Positions 8,625-17,538 are shown, counted from the stretch's first letter. The stretch is 42,005 nt of DNA from an uncultured Myxococcales bacterium (GCA_964594295.1 CAZQPP010000006.1:1-42005); one strand, 5' to 3'. The notes: a model not told the origin generated them from the sequence alone. A program made the numbers and translations.

Positions 8625-11600
8625 GCGCGCGGACGATGACCACCCGCACCGCCACCGTCTTCCTCGGCGCCCTGCTCGCCTTCGCCTACGTGAGCCCGGC
8701 ACCCGCCCTGCCCATCGCCACGGCGCCCTCGGGCGACCTGAACGCGGACGGCCAGGTGACCAGCACCGACCTGCAGTGCCAGATCCTGCTCTTCGAGAGC
8801 CTGCAGATCGTGGGGGAGCTGACCCAGGACCACTGCGCCGTGGACGAGGAATGCGCCATCGGGGACCACTGCCGGCCGGCCTTCAAGGGCTACAAGGTCT
8901 GCCTCCCCGAGTGCCTGCACGACGACATCGCGCTCGGCGCCGACCAGGCGTCCCCCCCCTGCCCCGACCCGCAGGTCACGGACGCGGACTGCGTCGGCGG
9001 AGTCTCACGCCACAACGCCGACCTCAACGGCGACGGGCGCATCACCAACATCGACTTCCAGTTCCTCGTGAGCCTGCTCCTCGGCCGCCTCACGGGACCC
9101 GACAGCCCCGACTTCGACGGTGACGGCATCTTGAACTTCAGCGACCCGGACTCGGACGGCGACGGGGATCCCGACGAGACCGACTGCGGGCTCCTCGACC
9201 CAACCCGCGGCTCGGGGAGCGTCGAGATCTGCGACAACCTCGACAACGACTGCGACATCCTCGTCGACACCGAGGACCCCGACTTCTTCAACACCGCGAC
9301 GCCCGCGTGCGAGAAGCTCGACGGTGTGTGCGTCGGGTCGTTCAAGCCTCACAGGCTCTGCATCGGGGGCAACTGGGACCCCTGCGACGACGCTACCTAC
9401 GCCGCCCACGACGGGAGCTACGAGATCCGAGAGGCCAGCTGCGACGCCCTCGACAACGACTGCGACGCGGACGTGGACGCGGCCGACGGCGACGTGACCG
9501 AGGCCTGCTGCTTCGAGGCGGGTGACTGCGACGACAGCTTCCGCGACCCGCCGTCCTGCGACGACACCGCGACCTGTCAGGGCCACCGCGTGGACGCGAC
9601 CTGCGAGGGCTTCGTCTGTGGCTCGAATCCCACGGACGACGACACCGCTTGCGGCGCGAGCGTGGTCGCCAAGCCGTGTGGTATGTACAAGGACGTCGTC
9701 TGCGATGGGAGCCTCGAGCAGAGCGAGCCCGCTTGCCCCGAGAGCTGCGCCGGCGAGAACGACTGCGACGAAGAGGCCCACTGCGACGACGACGCGTGCG
9801 TGCCCGACGTGGAGGAGAACGGGACCTGCGACGAGCGCTCCGACTGCGCGGCAGGCCTCGGCTGCGTCGACGGCACCTGCATCCCGGTGAACGACGAAGG
9901 CGGCCCCTGCAGCGGCCACAACAACTGCATCGGGGGGCTCTTCTGCAACAGCGACACCGGCCTCTGCGAGCAGCAGCGAGAGAACGGCGGCGCCTGCAAG
10001 GACGACGAGACCTGCCTCAGCGGTCACTGCAGCGGCGGCATCTGCTGCGCGGCCGGAGACTGCTGCTTGAGCGCAGACGACTGCCCGCCGGAGTACGACC
10101 TCAGCTTCGAGTGCACCGACCCCGCGGCCTGCCAGGGGAAGCGCACCGACCCGGCGTGCGTCCAGTTCTCGTGCCGCCGCATCGACGCCGATGACGACAC
10201 GGGCTGCACCGCGGGCGTCCCCGCCGACACCTGCGGCCCCTACCCCGACCTCTTCTGCAACGGAGAGCCGGTCCAGGACGCGCCGGTGTGCGCCAGCTCC
10301 TGCACCACCGCAGACGACTGCGATCCGGCCGGCATATGCGAGGACGGCAGCTGCCGCGGGCGCAAGGACGCGGGCGAGACCTGCGCGGCGGACAACGAGT
10401 GCGACGACCTGCACTGCCAGAACGGTTACTGCTGCGAGGAAGGGGACTGCTGCGTCTCCGCGGAGGACTGCCCGGCGAGCTACAGTGCAGAGCCTATATG
10501 CACGGCCCGATCCGCCTGCCAGGGCATCCGCCAGGAGGCCTCCTGCGAGGCCAACCAGTGCAGCTCGACCAACACGCCCGACGACTCCGGCTGCGACGAG
10601 CAGACCGAGGCGAACGCCTGCGAGCTCTACGACCCGGTCTTCTGCAACGGCCAGCAGGAGCAGACGGCGCCCGAGTGCCCGACCGGCTGCAGCGACCACG
10701 CCGAGTGTGACGACGGCGCCTTCTGCGTTGGCGGGGCCTGCTCGGCCACGCGCCCTGACGGGATGGAGTGCGCGCAGGACGGAGACTGCGCGAGCGACCA
10801 CTGCCGGAACGGCTTCTGCTGCCAGAACGGGGTGGACTGCTGCGGCGAGCCCGACGACTGCCCGGCCGGATACCGCGCCGCCGCCTCCTGCCAGAAGCCC
10901 TCGACCTGTCAGGGCAGGCGCATGGACGCCACCTGCGAGTCCTACCAGTGCGGCGCCGTAGACGTGGACGACGACAGCGCCTGCGACGAGACCACCGTCT
11001 CCGCCACCTGCGGCGCGTTCGCGTCGGTCTTCTGCAACGGGCAGGCGGAGCAGAGCGCGCCCGCCTGCCCGACGAGCTGCCAGCTCGACCGGGACTGCGA
11101 CGAGGGAGCCCACTGCGACGGCGGAGACTGCCTGCCCGACACCAGCCAGGGCGGCATCTGCAACGAGGACTCGGACTGCGCCGAGGGGCTCGTGTGTCGA
11201 GACGGCTTCTGCGCGAAGCAGTCCGGGACAGGCGGGGGATGCGCCCTCGACACCGAGTGCACCGACGGCAACCACTGCGACGAGGCCAGCGGGCAGTGCG
11301 TGCCCGACGGCCAGGAGACGGTCGCTTGCGGTGCGGACAGCGACTGCGAGGACGGCCTCCACTGCCAGAACGGCAGGTGCGAGGCGGATCAGGGCGAGGG
11401 AGAGGGTTGCGCCTCCGACCGCGAGTGCGCCGAGGGGACGCACTGCGACGAGCCGAGCGGCACCTGCCTGGCCGACAGCGCCGAGGGAGAAGGCTGCACG
11501 ACCGACAACGACTGCGCGGAGGGCCACCACTGCAGCGCCGGAGCCTGCGTCGCGGACGGCGACCCCGGCGACGGGTGCGCGGCGGACAGGAACTGCGCGG

Positions 11601-13327
11601 AGGGCACCCACTGCAACGAGGCCACGGGCCTGTGCGAGGCGGACAAGGAGCCCGGCGAAGGCTGCCTCTTGGACAGCGACTGCCAGGACGGCTTCATCTG
11701 CACCGACGGTACGTGCAGCCAGGCCGCGACGGGCGGCGAGGGCTGCGCGACCGACAGCCAGTGCGCGGACGGCTACCACTGCGACGAGCAGAGCGGTGAG
11801 TGCGCGGCCGACGCGGGCGAAGAGGAAGGCTGCCGCGAGGATGACGACTGCGCCGAGGCGCTGACCTGCGTGCTCGGCGAGTGCAAGCCGAAGAACACCG
11901 CCGGAGACTTCTGCCTGAACGACGGCGACTGCGAGGAGGGCTTCCACTGCGACGAGGAGAGCTCGCGCTGCGAGGCCGACCAGGTCAGCGGCGGGGGCTG
12001 CCAGAGCGACAGCGACTGCACCGAAGGCCTGACCTGCCGCGAGGGCTCCTGCGCCGAGCCCGGCGGCGGCGGCACCGCCTGCACGGGGCCGGCAGACTGC
12101 GCGGAGGGCCTGCGCTGCGACACGGCCTCGGGCGAATGCGTAGCCGCGGGCGGCTCCGGCGAAGGCTGCACCAGCGACGACGACTGCGCCGGCGACCTGA
12201 CCTGCAAGGCCGGGACCTGCCAGGTGGGCAGCGGCAGCGGCGACGACTGCGGCGCGGACGGCGACTGCGCCGACGGGCGCTACTGCAAGGACGGCAAGTG
12301 CGCCCCGCTCGAGGGCAACGGCGCCGCCTGCACCGAGAGCAGCCAGTGCGCGAGCGGCCACTGTGACAACGGCCTGTGCTGCGACGGAGGCACGTGCTGC
12401 AGCACGATCGCGGACTGCGACTCCTTCGCGGCGCCGGCGACCTGCTTCGACACCGTGGCGTGTCAAGGCGTGCGCTCGGATGCTCTCTGTGAAGGGAGCA
12501 CGTGCGCGGGCGTCAGGGTCGACGACGACTCGGGCTGCACCGACGCCCTGCCCGGCAAGGACTGCGCCCCCTACGCCCGGGTCACGTGTGACGGGAGCCT
12601 GGACCAGGTCGAGCCGCAGTGCGCGACGCAGTGCGTGGACGACACCGGCTGCGATGAGATCTCCGCTTGCACCGGCGGCGCCTGCACGACTCCTGCCTGC
12701 ATCCTCGCCGGCACCGGCGGCCAGACCTCCGACTGCGTGCTCCACCTCGCCCGCGGGGCCGGCGTCGCCGCCGAGCACGACGCCGTCATCTTGAACATGA
12801 GCCTCGCCTTCGCACCGGCGCGTGCCACACCGGCAGGCATCTACACCTGCAGCCCGATCCCCTTCCCATGCCTCGACCGCGCGGACCCGGCCTTCTACTG
12901 CGAGACCTACTTCCCCGAGGTCGGGCCCGTCTGCGACCCCATCTCAGGCGAGTGCGCCAAGTGCACGCTCCGAGCCGTCGACGAGAGCGGCATCGAGCTC
13001 AGCTCGGGCCACCAGGTTCGCACCTGCGCCCAGGAGGACGGCACCTGTGACGAGGGCCGCCTCCAGATCCTGATCTTCGGGAGCTCGTCCCGGCCCATCA
13101 CCGGAGCCTTCATGGACGACGCGGGCGAGATCTCGGGTCAGAGCGCGTTCGTCACCGTGCGCTTCAACCTGCACGCGGACGGACCGGTACGGGTCGGCGT
13201 CGCCGACGACAAGGACTTCGACGCCTCCAACGCCACGGCCAGGGGCGTGCCCGTTCAGATCAAGGGCGGCGGCGACGGAGGGCCCACGACCTGGATCGAG
13301 ACCGGCGCAGCGGAGGAGCCACAATGA
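8621..13327 (+). CDS. Secreted Cys-rich protein with N-terminal dockerin-like and C-terminal cohesin-like module (putative adaptor scaffoldin)
   Basis: 1568 aa; Sec-type signal peptide; ATGA overlap with the upstream gene; GDLNADGQVTSTDL and ADLNGDGRITNIDF loops; Cys-rich stalk; terminal CILAGTGGQTSDCVLHLAR...LSSGHQV...FVTVRFNL module. Confidence 0.88.
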   Translation: MSARTMTTRTATVFLGALLAFAYVSPAPALPIATAPSGDLNADGQVTSTDLQCQILLFESLQIVGELTQDHCAVDEECAIGDHCRPAFKGYKVCLPECLHDDIALGADQASPPCPDPQVTDADCVGGVSRHNADLNGDGRITNIDFQFLVSLLLGRLTGPDSPDFDGDGILNFSDPDSDGDGDPDETDCGLLDPTRGSGSVEICDNLDNDCDILVDTEDPDFFNTATPACEKLDGVCVGSFKPHRLCIGGNWDPCDDATYAAHDGSYEIREASCDALDNDCDADVDAADGDVTEACCFEAGDCDDSFRDPPSCDDTATCQGHRVDATCEGFVCGSNPTDDDTACGASVVAKPCGMYKDVVCDGSLEQSEPACPESCAGENDCDEEAHCDDDACVPDVEENGTCDERSDCAAGLGCVDGTCIPVNDEGGPCSGHNNCIGGLFCNSDTGLCEQQRENGGACKDDETCLSGHCSGGICCAAGDCCLSADDCPPEYDLSFECTDPAACQGKRTDPACVQFSCRRIDADDDTGCTAGVPADTCGPYPDLFCNGEPVQDAPVCASSCTTADDCDPAGICEDGSCRGRKDAGETCAADNECDDLHCQNGYCCEEGDCCVSAEDCPASYSAEPICTARSACQGIRQEASCEANQCSSTNTPDDSGCDEQTEANACELYDPVFCNGQQEQTAPECPTGCSDHAECDDGAFCVGGACSATRPDGMECAQDGDCASDHCRNGFCCQNGVDCCGEPDDCPAGYRAAASCQKPSTCQGRRMDATCESYQCGAVDVDDDSACDETTVSATCGAFASVFCNGQAEQSAPACPTSCQLDRDCDEGAHCDGGDCLPDTSQGGICNEDSDCAEGLVCRDGFCAKQSGTGGGCALDTECTDGNHCDEASGQCVPDGQETVACGADSDCEDGLHCQNGRCEADQGEGEGCASDRECAEGTHCDEPSGTCLADSAEGEGCTTDNDCAEGHHCSAGACVADGDPGDGCAADRNCAEGTHCNEATGLCEADKEPGEGCLLDSDCQDGFICTDGTCSQAATGGEGCATDSQCADGYHCDEQSGECAADAGEEEGCREDDDCAEALTCVLGECKPKNTAGDFCLNDGDCEEGFHCDEESSRCEADQVSGGGCQSDSDCTEGLTCREGSCAEPGGGGTACTGPADCAEGLRCDTASGECVAAGGSGEGCTSDDDCAGDLTCKAGTCQVGSGSGDDCGADGDCADGRYCKDGKCAPLEGNGAACTESSQCASGHCDNGLCCDGGTCCSTIADCDSFAAPATCFDTVACQGVRSDALCEGSTCAGVRVDDDSGCTDALPGKDCAPYARVTCDGSLDQVEPQCATQCVDDTGCDEISACTGGACTTPACILAGTGGQTSDCVLHLARGAGVAAEHDAVILNMSLAFAPARATPAGIYTCSPIPFPCLDRADPAFYCETYFPEVGPVCDPISGECAKCTLRAVDESGIELSSGHQVRTCAQEDGTCDEGRLQILIFGSSSRPITGAFMDDAGEISGQSAFVTVRFNLHADGPVRVGVADDKDFDASNATARGVPVQIKGGGDGGPTTWIETGAAEEPQ
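8732..9088 (+). other. Dockerin type I-like module with Cys-rich insert
   Basis: Two DxNxDGxVxxxD Ca2+-loop (F-hand) motifs, each followed by a hydrophobic helix (DLQCQILLF; DFQFLVSLLLG), directly after the signal peptide. Confidence 0.72.
11150..12305 (+). repeat. About 14 tandem four-Cys GxxCxxDxxCxxGxxC-x(4/6)-C repeats
   Basis: Read from the translation, e.g. GEGCASDRECAEGTHCDEPSGTC and GEGCTTDNDCAEGHHCSAGAC. Confidence 0.85.
12698..13305 (+). other. Cohesin-like module 3 (with extra Cys-rich insert)
   Basis: Shares CxLxGxxGxxxxCxxxLAR, SGHxV and RFxL motifs with modules 1 and 2. Confidence 0.5.
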
Positions 13328-16300
13328 GCCGCCCGCGCACACACCGTTGGCTGCTCCTCGGGCTCTGCCTCGCCATCGGCGCGGCGCTGCCGGCGCAGGG
13401 GCGCACGCCCTCCTCCGCCCCAACCGGCGACGTGAACCAGGGCTCGGACGTCAACTCCGCCGACCTCCAGTGCGTCATCCTGATCTGGGGCAGCCTGACG
13501 AGCCCCACCGCCTGCGACGGCCAGAACCCCTGCGGATCGGGCTTCACCTGCCGCAAGGGCTTCGGCGACGACACCGTCTGCCTGCCGGACTGCCTGCACT
13601 CCGACGTCGCGGTGGGTACGGCCAACGCCACGTCGTGCACCGACGGGGACGCAAACACCGACGACTGCCTCGGCAGGACGGCCAGGAAGAACGCGGACAT
13701 GAACTGCGACGGCTCCGTCTCCTCGACGGACTTCGACGTGCTCGCCGCCGTGATCCTGAACCACCTCGGCTACTCCGGCAGCTACGACCACGACGGCGAC
13801 GGGCGGCTGAACTTCTGCGACGACGACACCGACGACGACGGCTTCGACGACCCCGCGGACTGCAAGGACGTGAACGAGAGCTACGACCCGGCGGTCTGCG
13901 GCGCCGCAGCCCCGTCAGCGCCGGTCGTGCGCATCGACCCGGACAACCCCAGCGTCAACGACGACCTGGAGATGAAGGTCACGACGGGAGGGGTCGACCC
14001 CGACGGCGACACGGTCGGCTACCTCGTGACCTGGAAGAAGGGAGCCCGCACCCTCGAGGCCTCTACCGAGGTCACCGGGCTCGCGCCCCACGCCACGATC
14101 GTGCCTTCGAGCATGACCGCCGAGAACGAGGTCTGGTGGGTGGAGGTGCGCGCCTCCGACGGAGCGCACACGAGCGACGCCGCCACCGACTTCGTGACCA
14201 TCGGCAACCAGCAGCCCGTCATCGCGAGCGTCACCATCACCCCCGACCCGGCGACCCGGGTCAGCAACCTGACCTGCACCGTGTCGGCCAGCGACGCCGA
14301 CAACGACGAGCTGACGACCACCAAGACCTGGTACGTCGACGGGCAGGAGACCGCGGCCGAGGGCGACGGGACCCTGGCCACCTCGTCGTTGGACCCCGGC
14401 CAGGTCGTGCTCTGCAGGGCGACCGTGTCGGACAACATCGCGCCGACCGCGACCAAGGACAGCTCGGAAGCGACCATCACGAACCTCGTCCCCTCCATCG
14501 GGACCATCACCGTCACGCCAAGCTCCCTCACGCGCACCGGCACGCCCACCTGCGCCCAGCCGACCGTCACCGACGGCGACGACGCCTCGCCCACTGTCAC
14601 GGCCTGGTGGGAGGTGCAGCCCGAAGGCGGCGACTTCGCCAAGGCCGCCGACGCCACCTTCGGCCAGGCCTGGGACCCGGTCGACTCCACCATCCCTCGC
14701 GGGTCGACGGTGCGCTGCGCGGTGAAGGCCGACGACGGCTGGGCCGGCGGCGCGGTGACCGCCTACAGCGACGAGATCACGGTGCAGAACTCCGATCCGA
14801 CCTTCCTGACCGGGATCTCCTTCTCGCCGCGCCCGGACATCTACAGGGGTGAAACCCTCGCGTGCGGTGTCTCCGCCTCCAGCCTCGACGACGAGGATGA
14901 GGACGCGCTCCGTGCGACCATCTACTGGGAGAAGCAGACCGGAGGCAGCGGCGACTTCGCCCAGGTGGGTGACGGGACGACCATCTACTTCGATCCCACC
15001 GACGAGGTGCAGATCGCGGTCAACTCCGTCGGCGCGCTCCCCACCGACGTGCTGCGCTGCAAGATGGTCATCGACGACCAGAAGGGCGGGACGGCCACCA
15101 CCTACTCCGGGACGGGCACCGTGCGCAACTACACGGCCACGACGCAGTCCGACCCGCTCATCACCCCCACCTCCGACACCCACCGCAACACGACCTTCAC
15201 GTGCGTCTCGGCGACCGCGAGCGACCCGGAAGGGGACTCCACCGAGGTGCGCTACCGCTTCTTCATCAACGGCACCGCCCAGTCGGATCCGACCGCGGCC
15301 GCGGACGACCTCGCACCGGGGACCTTCGCTCGAGGAGACAAGATCAAGTGCGGGGTGAGCGCCTGGGACGGCTACGGCCTCGGGACCGAGAGGGAGAGCG
15401 CCGAGGTCACCGTGGGCAACCTCCCGCCCGACGCGCCCACGCCGAGCATCTCGCCGGCGAGCCCGCACCGGAACAGCGACCTGACCTGCTCGTTCACCGC
15501 GGTCACGTCCCCCGACGCTGACGGCGACACCATGACCACGACCGTCAAGTGGTGGAAGGACGACGTCGAGCAGACGGGGCTCGAGGGCCAGGCGACCATC
15601 GCGACCTCGAACACGGCGGCGTGCGAGGACTGGTACTGCAAGGTGCACGTCTCCGACGGGACGGACACCGACGAGGCGGCGAGCTCCGCCGTCGAGATCC
15701 CCGGGCAGCAGTCGCTCTACTTCAACGCCTCGAGCACGGTCGTCACCGTCGCCAGGTCCACCATCGGCACCGAGCTCTACTGGATGCCGGGCGTGACCCT
15801 GGAGATGTGGGTCAACGCGGACCAGATCCTCAGCCGCACCCAGACGCTCTTCGCCAAGCTGAGCGGGACCAGCGCCGCCGAGCTCCGCATGGACGTCACA
15901 AACCAGGGTGCTGTCGTCGTCTCCTTCGACCCGGATGGTAGCGGCTCGGGCACCCTGACGAGCACCAACAACGCCATCACGGAGGACACCTGGCACCACG
16001 TGCGCTTCAGCGCGGCGGCCCACTCGGGGGCCTCGTACCTGTTCGTCGACGGGCAGAAGGTCGCCGAGGCCACGGTCCTCGGCAAGGCCACCGCCGACAG
16101 CTCGCAGCGCCGGTATCACCTCCCGACCTTGAACGACCTCCACCTCGGGCGCGGCTGCAGCGACTCCTGCGACAACGAGCTCCCCTTCGGCGGCGAGCTC
16201 GACGAGGTTCACCTGGTCGCGCGCGCGCTGAACACCACCGGCGACAGCTTCACGCCCACCGCCGAGGCCACCGCCGACAGCAGCAGCGTGTTCCTGTTCA

Positions 16301-17538
16301 GCATGAACGAAGGCGTGGCCAACGCCACCACCCCGACCGTGGTGGTGGACCGCTCCGGCTACGCACGCCACGGCACGCCGTCGACCGGGGACACGGAGTG
16401 GAGGAGCTCGAGCCGCGGCGGCGCCTGCTCGGTCGAGACCAACCGAGACCCCGCGCCGGCTACCGTGAGCGAATCTCCCTGCGGCGGGGTCGTCTACCGA
16501 GACCGCGACCTCACGTGCACGGCCAGCAGCCCGGCACGTGATCCGGAAGGCGAGAGCCTCACCTCGGTGCTGCGCTGGACCTTCGGCGGCACGCACCAGT
16601 CCGGGCGCGACGACACGACGACGGTGGCGAAGGCGGACCTGACCGCGTGCCAGGACATCGTGTGCACCGCCCGCGGCACCGATCCCGCCTCGAATACGAC
16701 CGACTCGAGCCACACCTTCCGCGCCCGGACCATCGGCACCGGCGGCAAGAGCGCCGCAAACACGACGATCACGATGAGCGTCTTCACCGGAGACGCGCTC
16801 GCGGCCTTCGCCCCCATGATCGCCATCCCGGACGCGCTGAGCTGGACCGTCTCCTTCTGGTTCAAGTTCAACACCACGCCGGCGGCCGGCAAGCCGACGG
16901 TCATCCGCATCGGCGACATCGGCGACACCTCGCCCAGCGACGCCACGGCCAGCCGCCTCGAGGTGCAGATCCTCTACAACGAGACCGACACGCGCTGCGA
17001 GGCGACCTTCAACCCGCAGTACGGGCTCGCGGGCGACACCGACTGGTACCCCGCAACGGGCGGAGACCCGGTCACCGTCACGCTGGTGGACAGCTCGAGC
17101 TGCAGCTCCACCACCTGGCACCACCTGAGCTTCATCCACCACGGCAGCAACAACTACGTCCTGCACTCCACCTGGACGCCGGGCGACCTCGCACCCACGG
17201 CACAGACCCGGCTCGCCAGCACGAACATCACCGCCAGCCTGGTGCTCCCCGACATGGTCGCTCCCAGGGTGAAGCTCGACAGGGTCGGCTCCGCGGTGCA
17301 CCTCGACGACCTGCACATCCGCTCCGGCACGGCCTACACCAACTCGGGAGGGTGCTTCCCGCTCGCCGCCGACGAGGCCGACGAGAACACCATCCTGCTC
17401 TGGGACATGGAGGAGCACGCCGTCTTCTCCGGCTACGTCCGCTACCTGGGCCCGGCGAGCTACAACTTCCCGGGCGAGCTCACCGACTCGGACGCCATCG
17501 ACACCGCGCCCACCGGCCTCGTGAACAGCTGCGATTAG
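13324..17538 (+). CDS. Secreted protein: dockerin-like module, Thr-rich Ig-like repeats, two LamG/concanavalin-like domains
   Basis: 1404 aa; signal peptide; ATGA overlap; GDVNQGSDVNSADL and ADMNCDGSVSSTDF loops; repeats PxxxxVxIxP...LTC...DxDGD...W...CxVxxxDG; LamG motifs TLEMWV, TWHHV, LFVDG, FGGELDEV (~15712-16378) and WTVSFWFK, TWHHL, LDDLHI (~16830-17480). Confidence 0.88.
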   Translation: MSRPRTHRWLLLGLCLAIGAALPAQGRTPSSAPTGDVNQGSDVNSADLQCVILIWGSLTSPTACDGQNPCGSGFTCRKGFGDDTVCLPDCLHSDVAVGTANATSCTDGDANTDDCLGRTARKNADMNCDGSVSSTDFDVLAAVILNHLGYSGSYDHDGDGRLNFCDDDTDDDGFDDPADCKDVNESYDPAVCGAAAPSAPVVRIDPDNPSVNDDLEMKVTTGGVDPDGDTVGYLVTWKKGARTLEASTEVTGLAPHATIVPSSMTAENEVWWVEVRASDGAHTSDAATDFVTIGNQQPVIASVTITPDPATRVSNLTCTVSASDADNDELTTTKTWYVDGQETAAEGDGTLATSSLDPGQVVLCRATVSDNIAPTATKDSSEATITNLVPSIGTITVTPSSLTRTGTPTCAQPTVTDGDDASPTVTAWWEVQPEGGDFAKAADATFGQAWDPVDSTIPRGSTVRCAVKADDGWAGGAVTAYSDEITVQNSDPTFLTGISFSPRPDIYRGETLACGVSASSLDDEDEDALRATIYWEKQTGGSGDFAQVGDGTTIYFDPTDEVQIAVNSVGALPTDVLRCKMVIDDQKGGTATTYSGTGTVRNYTATTQSDPLITPTSDTHRNTTFTCVSATASDPEGDSTEVRYRFFINGTAQSDPTAAADDLAPGTFARGDKIKCGVSAWDGYGLGTERESAEVTVGNLPPDAPTPSISPASPHRNSDLTCSFTAVTSPDADGDTMTTTVKWWKDDVEQTGLEGQATIATSNTAACEDWYCKVHVSDGTDTDEAASSAVEIPGQQSLYFNASSTVVTVARSTIGTELYWMPGVTLEMWVNADQILSRTQTLFAKLSGTSAAELRMDVTNQGAVVVSFDPDGSGSGTLTSTNNAITEDTWHHVRFSAAAHSGASYLFVDGQKVAEATVLGKATADSSQRRYHLPTLNDLHLGRGCSDSCDNELPFGGELDEVHLVARALNTTGDSFTPTAEATADSSSVFLFSMNEGVANATTPTVVVDRSGYARHGTPSTGDTEWRSSSRGGACSVETNRDPAPATVSESPCGGVVYRDRDLTCTASSPARDPEGESLTSVLRWTFGGTHQSGRDDTTTVAKADLTACQDIVCTARGTDPASNTTDSSHTFRARTIGTGGKSAANTTITMSVFTGDALAAFAPMIAIPDALSWTVSFWFKFNTTPAAGKPTVIRIGDIGDTSPSDATASRLEVQILYNETDTRCEATFNPQYGLAGDTDWYPATGGDPVTVTLVDSSSCSSTTWHHLSFIHHGSNNYVLHSTWTPGDLAPTAQTRLASTNITASLVLPDMVAPRVKLDRVGSAVHLDDLHIRSGTAYTNSGGCFPLAADEADENTILLWDMEEHAVFSGYVRYLGPASYNFPGELTDSDAIDTAPTGLVNSCD
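13426..13770 (+). other. Dockerin type I-like module with Cys-rich insert
   Basis: Colinear homolog of 8732-9088 (DLQCxIL, VCLPxCLHxDxAxG, RxNADxNxDG...DF); first loop partly degenerate (DVNQGSDVNSAD). Confidence 0.7.

Noticed and set aside
9005-12778. 1257-aa antisense ORF (likewise 13915..17814 -, 34465..38145 +, 23833..26490 +, 20834..23233 +)
   Set aside because: Shadow ORFs opposite well-supported genes; Val/Ala/Gly-rich with no motifs, as expected from high-GC codon bias with few antisense stops.
4962-17538. A true cellulosome
   Set aside because: No glycoside hydrolase or recognisable cellulose-binding module in any of the three genes; enzymes encoded elsewhere cannot be excluded.
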